Source: an uncultured Oscillospiraceae bacterium (GTDB taxonomy: Bacteria > Bacillota > Clostridia > Oscillospirales > Oscillospiraceae). From it: DNA of 52,103 nt. Under the pieces are notes generated by a model that was given only the letters and a program-made list of their open reading frames with translations, ran no database searches and was not told the origin of the DNA. Shown here piece after piece: positions 44,825 through 52,103 of the stretch (the first letter of the stretch is position 1; every line of letters starts with the position of its first letter). Where the stretch lies: NCBI GenBank assembly GCA_964422185.1, contig CAYRAG010000003.1:1-52103 (forward strand). The letters run 5' to 3'. Both the position numbers and the translations under genes were made by a program.

Positions 44825-46572
44825 TAAAAACACTGTTGAAACATGTGGGGGAGTATAAGCGGGACTCCATCCTCACCCCCGTTTTCATGATCCTTGAGGT
44901 GCTGGTGGATATCATCATCCCCCTTCTCATGGCGTCCATTATTGACAACGGCGTGGAGAAAGGGGACATCCACCACATCCTCGTGATGGGCGGCATCATG
45001 ATCGTCATGGCGCTGTTCGGGCTGCTCACCGGTCTGCTGGGCGGCGCGTTCGGCGCCCGGGCGTCCGCCGGGTTCGCCAAAAACCTGCGCCAGGCGATCT
45101 TTGATAAGATTCAGACTTTCTCGTTTGCCAGCATCGACAAATTTTCCACTTCCAGCCTGATCACCCGCCTGACCACGGATGTGACCACGATCCAGAACGC
45201 GTATATGATGATTCTGCGCATGTTCGTCCGGGCGCCCATGTCCATGATTATGGCCATGATCATGGCGTTCTTCCTCAGCCCCCGGCTGGCCAGCGTTTAC
45301 CTGGTCGCCGTGATTCTGCTGGGTATCGCGATCTTCCTGATCGTGAGGAAAGCCACGGGCTACTTCAAACAGGCGTTTCCCAAATACGACGCCCTGAACG
45401 CCTCCATCCAGGAGAATGTGTCCGGCATCCGGGTGGTAAAGGCCTATGTCCGGGAGGACTTTGAGACATCCAAGCTCTTCCGGGCCAGCAAGGCCATCTA
45501 TGACATCTTTGTCCGGGCGGAGACTCAGACCATCTACAACCAGCCGCTGATGAACGCCACCATCCACGCCTGCGTCCTGCTCATCAGCTGGATGGGCGCG
45601 AAGATGATCGTCCAGAACGAGCTGACGACCGGCGCGCTGTCCTCCCTGCTGTCGTACTGCATGGCGATCCTGATGAATCTGACGATGGTCTCCATGATCT
45701 TCGTCATGGTGGTCATGTCCACCGCCAGCGTGCAGCGGATCTACGAGGTGCTCACGGAGGAGAGCGAGCTGCACAATCCGGACGAGCCCGTCTATGATGT
45801 GCCCGACGGCTCCATCCGGTTTGACCATGTCTCGTTCCAGTACAACAATACCTGCGAAACGCCGGTGCTCCGGGATATCAGCCTGGAGATCCGATCCGGG
45901 GAGACGCTGGGCATCATCGGCGGAACCGGCAGCGGCAAGACCAGCCTGGTCAACCTCATCAGCCGCCTGTACGATGTGACGGAGGGCAGCGTGAGTGTGG
46001 GCGGCCGGGATGTCCGGGAGTATGATCTGGACACGCTGCGCAGCCAGGTCTCCGTCGTGCTGCAGAAAAATGTGCTCTTCTCCGGCACGGTGCTGGAGAA
46101 CCTGCGCTGGGGCGATGAGCACGCCACGGAGGAGGAGTGCGTCCGGGCCTGCCGGCTCGCCTGCGCGGACGAGTTCATCTCCAGAATGCCGGACGGCTAC
46201 CAGTCCCACATCGAGCGGGGCGGCGCGAACCTGTCCGGCGGCCAGCGCCAGAGACTGTGTATCGCCCGGGCTCTGCTGAAGAAGCCGAAGATCCTGATTC
46301 TGGACGACTCCACCAGCGCGGTGGATACCGCCACGGACGCCAGGATCCGGGAGGCGTTCGCCACCGAGATCCCGGACACCACGAAGCTGATCATCGCGCA
46401 GCGCATCTCCAGCGTGCAGAACGCGGATCGGATTCTCGTCATGGACGACGGCTGCATCAACGGCATCGGCACCCATGAGGAACTGCTCAAAACCAATGAG
46501 ATCTACCGCAGTGTCTACCTGTCCCAGACCCAGGACGGCGGAGACTTCGATGAGAACGGGGGTGAGGACTGA
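44821..46572 (+). CDS. ABC transporter permease/ATP-binding protein (type I exporter half-transporter)
   Basis: Six-TM N-domain plus an NBD with Walker A GGTGSGKTS, signature LSGGQRQR and Walker B ILILDDSTSAVD. Confidence 0.92.
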   Translation: MIKTLLKHVGEYKRDSILTPVFMILEVLVDIIIPLLMASIIDNGVEKGDIHHILVMGGIMIVMALFGLLTGLLGGAFGARASAGFAKNLRQAIFDKIQTFSFASIDKFSTSSLITRLTTDVTTIQNAYMMILRMFVRAPMSMIMAMIMAFFLSPRLASVYLVAVILLGIAIFLIVRKATGYFKQAFPKYDALNASIQENVSGIRVVKAYVREDFETSKLFRASKAIYDIFVRAETQTIYNQPLMNATIHACVLLISWMGAKMIVQNELTTGALSSLLSYCMAILMNLTMVSMIFVMVVMSTASVQRIYEVLTEESELHNPDEPVYDVPDGSIRFDHVSFQYNNTCETPVLRDISLEIRSGETLGIIGGTGSGKTSLVNLISRLYDVTEGSVSVGGRDVREYDLDTLRSQVSVVLQKNVLFSGTVLENLRWGDEHATEEECVRACRLACADEFISRMPDGYQSHIERGGANLSGGQRQRLCIARALLKKPKILILDDSTSAVDTATDARIREAFATEIPDTTKLIIAQRISSVQNADRILVMDDGCINGIGTHEELLKTNEIYRSVYLSQTQDGGDFDENGGED

Positions 46573-48482
46573 TGCCGGGAATGAGCGCGCGCCGCGGCGC
46601 ACCAAAGGTCCATGTGGAGCACCCGTTCCAGCTCCTGGCCCGCCTGCTGCGCTATATCGGGAAACACTACCTGCCCCATGTCATCATCGTGGTGGTCTGC
46701 ACCTTTGTCAGCGTCTACGGACAGCTCCAGGCCGTCATGTTTATCCAGGCCCTGATCGATGACTTTATCAAACCCCTGCTCCTGGTGGAGCACCCGGACT
46801 TCACGCCTCTGGCCCATGAGATGATCCGGGTGGCGATCTTCTGCGCCCTGGCGGCCGTCGCCACTTTCATCCAGCAGTTTATCCTGGTTCGCGTGACCCA
46901 GGGCACGCTGCGCAACCTGCGCGACGACCTCTTCCAGCACATGGAGAAGCTGCCGGTCCGCTATTTCGACACCCACCCCCACGGCGACATTATGTCCGTG
47001 TACACCAACGATATCGACACCCTGCGCCAGATGATCAGCCAGTCCATCCCCCAGATGCTCAACAGCGCCGTGTCCATGGTGGGAACCCTGATCAGCATGC
47101 TCACGCTGAATGTGCCGCTCACCTTTGTCTCCCTTCTGGTGATCCTCGTGCTGGTGCTTGTCTCCCGGAAACTGGTGAGCGCCAGCGGAAACTTCTTCCT
47201 GCGCCAGCAGCGGGATCTGGGCTCCCTGAACGGCTACATCGAGGAGATGATGGACGGCCAGAAGGTGGTCAAGGTGTTCAGCCACGAGGAGAAGACGAAA
47301 GAGGAGTTCCGCCGGCGCAATGAGCAGCTGTTCGACTCCGCCTCCAAAGCGAACATGATCGCCAACGCGTTCGGGCCGGTCTCCATGCAGATCGGCAACC
47401 TCAGCTATGTGGTGTGCGCCGTCATCGGCGGCGCCATGGCGCTCAACGGGTTCTGGAGCTTCACCCTCGGAAAGCTGGTCAGCTACCTCACCCTCAACCG
47501 CGGCCTGATCAATCCCATCGGCCAGATCAGCCAGCAGCTCAACTTTGTGGTCATGGCCCTGGCCGGCGCGGATCGGATCTTCAAACTCATGGACGAGGAG
47601 GAGGAGAAGGACGAGGGCGATATCACCCTGGTCCGCACCGCGAAGGATGAGAACGGGAACCTGATCGAGAGCGAGAAGCGCACCGGCACCTGGGCGTGGA
47701 AGCACATCCGGGAGGACGGCGCCGCGGAGTATGTGCCCCTTCAGGGCGGTGTGATTCTGGATCATGTGGATTTCGGCTATATTCCCGATAAGATTGTGCT
47801 GCACGATGTGAGTCTGTACGCCCAGCCCGGCCAGAAGATCGCGTTTGTCGGCTCCACCGGCGCCGGAAAGACCACCATTACCAGCCTGATCAACCGCTTC
47901 TATGACATCCAGGAGGGGAAGATCCTCTACGACGGCATCGACATCCGGAAGATCCGAAAGGCGGATCTGCGCCGCTCCCTGGGCGCCGTGCTCCAGGACA
48001 CCCACCTGTTCACCGGCACGGTGATGGAGAATATCCGGTTCGGGCGGCTGGACGCCACGGATGAGGAGGTCATCGCCGCGGCAAAACTGGCGAACGCGGA
48101 TCCCTTTATCCGCCGGCTGCCCCAGGGCTACCAGACCATCCTCACCGGGGACGGCGCCAGCCTGAGCCAGGGCCAGCGCCAGCTGCTGGCCATCGCCCGC
48201 GCCGCTGTGGCGAATCCGCCGGTTCTGATCCTGGACGAGGCGACCTCGTCCATCGACACCAGAACCGAGCGCATTGTGCAGGACGGTATGGACAAGCTCA
48301 TGGCCGGGCGGACCACCTTTGTCATCGCCCACCGCCTGTCCACCATCCGCAACAGCGACTGCATCATGGTGCTGGAGCAGGGCCGCATCATCGAGCGCGG
48401 CAACCATGAGCAGCTTCTGGAGCAGAAGGGACGGTACTATCAGCTGTACACCGGCAACAGGCCGGAACACGAGACCGCGTGA
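46572..48482 (+). CDS. ABC transporter permease/ATP-binding protein (heterodimer partner)
   Basis: TMD plus an NBD with GSTGAGKTT, LSQGQRQL and VLILDEATSSID. The start overlaps the upstream stop (TGATG). Confidence 0.92.
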   Translation: MPGMSARRGAPKVHVEHPFQLLARLLRYIGKHYLPHVIIVVVCTFVSVYGQLQAVMFIQALIDDFIKPLLLVEHPDFTPLAHEMIRVAIFCALAAVATFIQQFILVRVTQGTLRNLRDDLFQHMEKLPVRYFDTHPHGDIMSVYTNDIDTLRQMISQSIPQMLNSAVSMVGTLISMLTLNVPLTFVSLLVILVLVLVSRKLVSASGNFFLRQQRDLGSLNGYIEEMMDGQKVVKVFSHEEKTKEEFRRRNEQLFDSASKANMIANAFGPVSMQIGNLSYVVCAVIGGAMALNGFWSFTLGKLVSYLTLNRGLINPIGQISQQLNFVVMALAGADRIFKLMDEEEEKDEGDITLVRTAKDENGNLIESEKRTGTWAWKHIREDGAAEYVPLQGGVILDHVDFGYIPDKIVLHDVSLYAQPGQKIAFVGSTGAGKTTITSLINRFYDIQEGKILYDGIDIRKIRKADLRRSLGAVLQDTHLFTGTVMENIRFGRLDATDEEVIAAAKLANADPFIRRLPQGYQTILTGDGASLSQGQRQLLAIARAAVANPPVLILDEATSSIDTRTERIVQDGMDKLMAGRTTFVIAHRLSTIRNSDCIMVLEQGRIIERGNHEQLLEQKGRYYQLYTGNRPEHETA

Positions 48483-48537
48483 AAAAACACAGCGTCCCGG
48501 GGAGTCGGAACAGACCCTCCGGGACGCTGTGTGTATT
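48482..48537. terminator. Bidirectional terminator between ABC genes and fba
   Basis: AAAAAACACAGCGTCCCGG-N18-CCGGGACGCTGTGT with 14-bp arms, between convergent genes. Confidence 0.85.
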
Positions 48538-48549
48538 GTGTCTGACCGA

Positions 48550-49515
48550 TCACGCCTTGCCGGCGCAGCCCAGGACATCCACCAGCTTGTGCTTGACCAG
48601 CTGCTTGATGTTCTCGCGGGCGGGCTTGAGGTACTGGCGGGGATCAAAGTGATCGGGATGCTCATTGAAGTACTGGCGGATGGTGGCGGTCATCGCCAGA
48701 CGCAGGTCGGAGTCGATGTTGATCTTGCACACGGACAGGGAGGCGGCCTTGCGCAGCTGCTCCTCGGGGATGCCCACCGCGTCCGGCATCTGTCCGCCGT
48801 TTTCATTGATCATCTTCACAAAGTTCTGCGGCACGCTGGAGGAGCCGTGGAGCACGATGGGGAAGCCGGGCAGGCGCCGGGAGACCTCCTCCAGGATATC
48901 GAAGCGCAGCGGAGGCGGAACCAGGATGCCCTGCTCATTCCGGGTGCACTGATCCGCCGTGAACTTGTAGGCGCCGTGGCTCGTGCCGATGGCGATGGCC
49001 AGGGAGTCGCAGCCGGTCTTCTCCACAAACTCCTGGACCTCTTCCGGCCTGGTGTAGGAGGAGTCCTCCGCCTTGACCTTCACCTCGTCCTCCACGCCGG
49101 CGAGGGAGCCCAGCTCCGCCTCGACCACGACCCCGTGGTCATGGGCGTACTCCACAACTTTCCTCGTGATCTCGATGTTCTCGGCGAACGGCTTGCTGCT
49201 GGCGTCGATCATGACGGAGGTGAAGCCGCCGTCCACGCAGGACTTGCACAGCTCGAAGCTGTCGCCGTGATCCAGATGCAGGCAGATGGGAAGGCCCGTC
49301 TCGATGATGGCGGCCTCCACCAGCTTGATCAGGTAGGTGTGGTTGGCGTAGGCGCGGGCGCCCTTGGAGACCTGGAGAATCAGCGGGGCGTTGACCTCTT
49401 TGGCCGCCTCGGTGATGCCCTGGACGATCTCCATATTGTTCACATTGAAGGCGCCTATGGCGTAACCGCCGCTGTAGGCTTTTTCAAACATTTCTTTTGT
49501 GGTGACAAGAGGCAT
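48550..49515 (-). CDS. fba: Class II fructose-1,6-bisphosphate aldolase
   Basis: MPLVTTKEMFEKAYSGGYAIGAFNVNNMEI...LHLDHG...EAELG...AIAIGTSHGAYKF...LVLHGSS. The ATG at 49515 follows AAAGGAG. Confidence 0.95.
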   Translation of the reverse strand: MPLVTTKEMFEKAYSGGYAIGAFNVNNMEIVQGITEAAKEVNAPLILQVSKGARAYANHTYLIKLVEAAIIETGLPICLHLDHGDSFELCKSCVDGGFTSVMIDASSKPFAENIEITRKVVEYAHDHGVVVEAELGSLAGVEDEVKVKAEDSSYTRPEEVQEFVEKTGCDSLAIAIGTSHGAYKFTADQCTRNEQGILVPPPLRFDILEEVSRRLPGFPIVLHGSSSVPQNFVKMINENGGQMPDAVGIPEEQLRKAASLSVCKINIDSDLRLAMTATIRQYFNEHPDHFDPRQYLKPARENIKQLVKHKLVDVLGCAGKA

Positions 49516-49616
49516 GACAGATGGCTCCTTTCCAATATTTCTGTGCGCCGCCGCGGCGCGGCGGGACAGGCGGGCAAAAGTTGCTTCCGGTTTCCCCATA
49601 AAGATATCATTCTTCA

Positions 49617-49645
49617 TTGAAAATTGCAAGGGGTTGTGATACAAT
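49617..49645 (+). promoter_or_regulatory. Candidate promoter of phosphofructokinase gene
   Basis: TTGAAA, 17-nt spacer, TACAAT, about 115 nt upstream of the ATG. Confidence 0.6.
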
Positions 49646-49761
49646 CGCGGCAGAGAGCGGAGATTCGCGCTGTGCGCGATCCGATGCAACACCGTATCCG
49701 CAGCGGAGGGGAAGCGTGCGGCTTCCCGGAGATCTCAAAGTTTTCACAAAAGGAGAGATTC

Positions 49762-51006
49762 ATGATGAGTCAGTTAAAGGGAGCCTGTATTTTAGGGCAG
49801 TCCGGCGGACCCACCGCGGTGATCAACGCCAGCGCGCAGGGCGTGATTGAGACGGCGCTGAAGGCGGACTGCATTACCAGAGTGCTGGGCGCCGCGAACG
49901 GCATCAGGGGAGTTCTGGACGACAGGCTGTACGACATGGGAAAGGAAGATCCCGCGGAGATCGCGCTTCTCAGCCACACCCCGTCCTCCGCGCTGGGATC
50001 CTGCCGGTACAAGCTGGCCGACCCGGAGCAGGACGACACGGACTACCGGCGGATCCTGGAGATTTTCCGGAAATACGATGTCCGCTACTTCTTCTATAAC
50101 GGCGGCAACGACTCCATGGACACCTGCAACAAGATCTCGAAGTACATGCAGAAAGTCGGCTACGAGTGCCGCATCATGGGGGTTCCCAAGACCATCGACA
50201 ACGACCTGTACGGCACGGATCACTGCCCGGGCTACGCGTCCGCGGCAAAGTACATCGCCACCTCCTGCGCGGAGGTGTGGCAGGACGCCCATGTGTACGA
50301 CACCGGCATGGTCACCGTCGTGGAGATTATGGGCCGCCACGCGGGCTGGCTGGCCGGCGCGGCCGCTCTGGCGAATCTCACCGGCTGCGGCCCGGATCTG
50401 GTCTATCTGCCGGAGGTGGACTTCGACATGGATCAGTTCGTGGCGGATGTGACGGACATCTATAACAGGACGGGCAAGTGCCTGGTGGCCGCTTCCGAGG
50501 GCATTCACTATCCGGACGGCCGCTTCGTGTCCGAGGCGCAGACCTCCGCCACGGACGGCTTCGGCCACGCCCAGCTGGGCGGTCTGGCCGTGATGCTGGC
50601 GGATGTCATCCAGAAGAAGACCGGGGCGAAAGTGCGCGGGATTGAGCTCTCCCTGCTCCAGCGCTGCGGCGCCCACCTGGCGTCCCAGACCGACATCAGC
50701 GAGGCGTACATGGCGGGCCAGACCGCGGTGGAGTCCGCCATCTCCGGCATCACCGACCGGATGGTGGCGTTCGAGTGCAGCCGGGACGGCGGCTATGTCT
50801 GCCGGCCGAAGCTCATCGGCCTGACCGAGGTCGCGAATGTGGAGAAGAAAGTGCCCCGCGAGTGGATCAACGCCGCCGGCAACGGGGTGGAGCAGCCCTT
50901 TATCGACTATGTCCTGCCCCTGATTCAGGGCGAGCCGGATCTGCCGAAGGAGAACTCCCTGCCGCGGTTCGCGCACCTGAAGAAAGTTCTGACGACGCAG
51001 GAGTAA
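49762..51006 (+). CDS. pfp: 6-phosphofructokinase, probably pyrophosphate-dependent
   Basis: GGPTAVINAS, YNGGNDS, VPKTIDNDL and MGRHAGWLA. Asp at the GGDG-equivalent position and Lys in PKTIDND are the residues associated with PPi rather than ATP use. ATG after AAAGGAGAG. Confidence 0.85.
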   Translation: MMSQLKGACILGQSGGPTAVINASAQGVIETALKADCITRVLGAANGIRGVLDDRLYDMGKEDPAEIALLSHTPSSALGSCRYKLADPEQDDTDYRRILEIFRKYDVRYFFYNGGNDSMDTCNKISKYMQKVGYECRIMGVPKTIDNDLYGTDHCPGYASAAKYIATSCAEVWQDAHVYDTGMVTVVEIMGRHAGWLAGAAALANLTGCGPDLVYLPEVDFDMDQFVADVTDIYNRTGKCLVAASEGIHYPDGRFVSEAQTSATDGFGHAQLGGLAVMLADVIQKKTGAKVRGIELSLLQRCGAHLASQTDISEAYMAGQTAVESAISGITDRMVAFECSRDGGYVCRPKLIGLTEVANVEKKVPREWINAAGNGVEQPFIDYVLPLIQGEPDLPKENSLPRFAHLKKVLTTQE

Positions 51007-51029
51007 ATCCGGCCGGACAGACGGAGACG

Positions 51030-51077
51030 AAAACGCCTGCGGGACGCACGCAACGGTGCATCCCGCAGGCGTTTTTT
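51030..51077. terminator. Bidirectional terminator between pfp and the ybjQ-like gene
   Basis: AAAACGCCTGCGGGA-N16-TCCCGCAGGCGTTTTTT. Confidence 0.85.
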
Positions 51078-51100
51078 CCCGGAGAGACGCGGAGACAGGC

Positions 51101-51682
51101 TCAGTCGATCTGAACCGCGTCCGCGGAGTTGGCCACCAGAAGATAGCGGTCGTTCAGCGTCACATAATCCACCTTGTGGTTGATCAGGGCGTTGGCGCCC
51201 AGTCCCTTGGCCTGGATGAGCATCTGCTGGCGGTTATTCAGCTTGGCGATGTGGACGGAGCTCTCATGGCCCGGCTTCAGCGCGTCAATCAGGATCACGG
51301 CGTTCGCGCCCACGGTGCCGCAGTACTTCAGGATCCTGTGGCCCTCAATCTGCCCGCCCAGGGTGACGGGGACATTGAGCATATCGCTGTTCTCCTCGTC
51401 GCCGGGCTGCGCGTCCTGGGGCTCGTCCAGCAGCATGCCCTCAAATCTCTTGATGATGACTTCCATGTCGGCCTTGACTTCCGGGGAGGTGCCGACATAG
51501 GTGCGGGCGCGGAACGCGTCTGCGGCTTCCTTAAAAGCCGCGGCATCGTTCCGGTTCGCGGCATCGACGATATAGGTCTTCTGGATACTGCATGTGGAGC
51601 AGATCTTGTGCTGGGGATGCTCGCCCAGCAGGGGGAAGAGCGCGTCCAGTTTGCCGCCGCAGATAGAACAGGTATTGTCCAT
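51101..51682 (-). CDS. YbjQ/UPF0145-family domain protein with N-terminal zinc-ribbon-like CxxC pairs
   Basis: The C-terminal 105 aa (LGGQIEGHRILKYCGTVGANAV...MLIQAKGLGANALINHKVDY) resemble YbjQ. The N-terminus has CSICGG...CSTCS. Confidence 0.65.
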   Translation of the reverse strand: MDNTCSICGGKLDALFPLLGEHPQHKICSTCSIQKTYIVDAANRNDAAAFKEAADAFRARTYVGTSPEVKADMEVIIKRFEGMLLDEPQDAQPGDEENSDMLNVPVTLGGQIEGHRILKYCGTVGANAVILIDALKPGHESSVHIAKLNNRQQMLIQAKGLGANALINHKVDYVTLNDRYLLVANSADAVQID

Positions 51683-51805
51683 GATCCATTTCCTCCTTCA
51701 TATACTCATGATGCCGGCAGTCCGGTCATATCAGGGTCGCGTTGACGGGATTCAGAACCCGCTGCGCCAGGGGAGACACAGGCGGATCCGCACCCCTGCG
51801 CCGTC

Positions 51806-51835
51806 ATTATAGCACGGGGCCAGGATTTAAGACAA
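51806..51835 (-). promoter_or_regulatory. Candidate promoter of the ybjQ-like gene
   Basis: Minus-strand TTGTCT, 18-nt spacer, TG-c-TATAAT. Confidence 0.55.
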
Positions 51836-51916
51836 GAAAAAAAGCGGAAAAATGAGGAAATATTGTAATGTTCATATCTTGACAACTTTAGCTTGTGAAA
51901 CAGCGCTTTCCCGCGT

Positions 51917-51945
51917 TTGACGGCGGCCGGCGGATCTGGTAAACT
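51917..51945 (+). promoter_or_regulatory. Candidate promoter of the right-edge gene
   Basis: TTGACG, 17-nt spacer, TG-g-TAAACT. Confidence 0.5.
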
Positions 51946-52064
51946 CTCTCCCGGCGGGAGCCCGGTGCGCCCGTGCGGGAATGACAGGAGGGTTGTACCG
52001 CGGGAGGCACAGGCTTCCCTGAGGAGTCCGGTGCGCACGCGCAGGTAGAACAGGAGGGATTCAC

Positions 52065-52103
52065 AGTGAAACACAGTGTAAAGGTCACGGTCATCGACAA
52101 AAA
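52065..52103 (+). CDS. Start of an unidentified CDS (13 codons, runs off the window)
   Basis: GTG 7 nt after GGAGGG, reading VKHSVKVTVIDK.... Too short to assign. Confidence 0.35.

Noticed and set aside
44545-48665. 686-aa and 716-aa ORFs antisense to the two ABC transporter genes.
   Set aside because: Shadow frames. The plus strand carries complete Walker A, signature and Walker B motifs and TM domains.
51763-51781. tRNA T-arm-like CGGGUUCUGAAUCCCG on the minus strand in the ybjQ-like leader.
   Set aside because: The loop is 8 nt rather than 7. No acceptor stem, D-arm or anticodon arm can be built around it, so it is not a tRNA.

Overview
High-GC, Clostridia-like (Oscillospiraceae/Ruminococcaceae-type) chromosomal segment, mostly housekeeping genes. 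In order: ppk2 (partial) and ppk1; a 2x[4Fe-4S] ferredoxin; putP; a CN-hydrolase; uppP; ftsK. A lower-GC insert follows (lipoprotein gene plus a TnpB remnant). Next is a minus-strand purine operon, purE-purC-purF(like)-purM-purN-IMP cyclohydrolase (PurO type)-purH (AICARFT only)-[ISAzo13-like transposase]-purD. Then a divergent glycosyltransferase/PAP2 pair, the rpmG-secE-nusG-rplK-rplA-rplJ-rplL cluster, and a lipoprotein gene. A Trp T-box leader precedes trpC-trpB-trpA, followed on the same strand by Man-family PTS IIA-IIB-IIC-IID and a BtpA/SgcQ gene. The rest is an IS1634-family transposase, ruvX, a parvulin-like PPIase, DUF1292, a truncated ISL3 transposase, a class A PBP, MarR plus two ABC exporter genes, fba, a PPi-type phosphofructokinase and a YbjQ-like gene. 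I found no rRNA, tRNA or CRISPR, and no recognisable multi-gene defence or other novel protein system. The unusual signals are mostly non-coding. (1) A structured, SD-carrying intercistronic element occurs in two copies, upstream of purD and of PTS IIB. (2) The ~1.95 kb insert is flanked by reciprocal diverged duplications of the ftsK/purD junction. (3) A 21-bp tandem repeat triplicates the SD and ATG of the inserted lipoprotein gene. (4) The pur operon has a terminator-containing leader that fits no riboswitch class I can recognise. (5) A TTCCGG motif array lies upstream of putP. (6) A 16+7 bp perfect-arm hairpin lies in a 386-bp spacer. (7) The PurF homolog lacks the N-terminal Cys nucleophile. 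All calls come from reading the sequence and ORF track by eye; no searches or computations were run.
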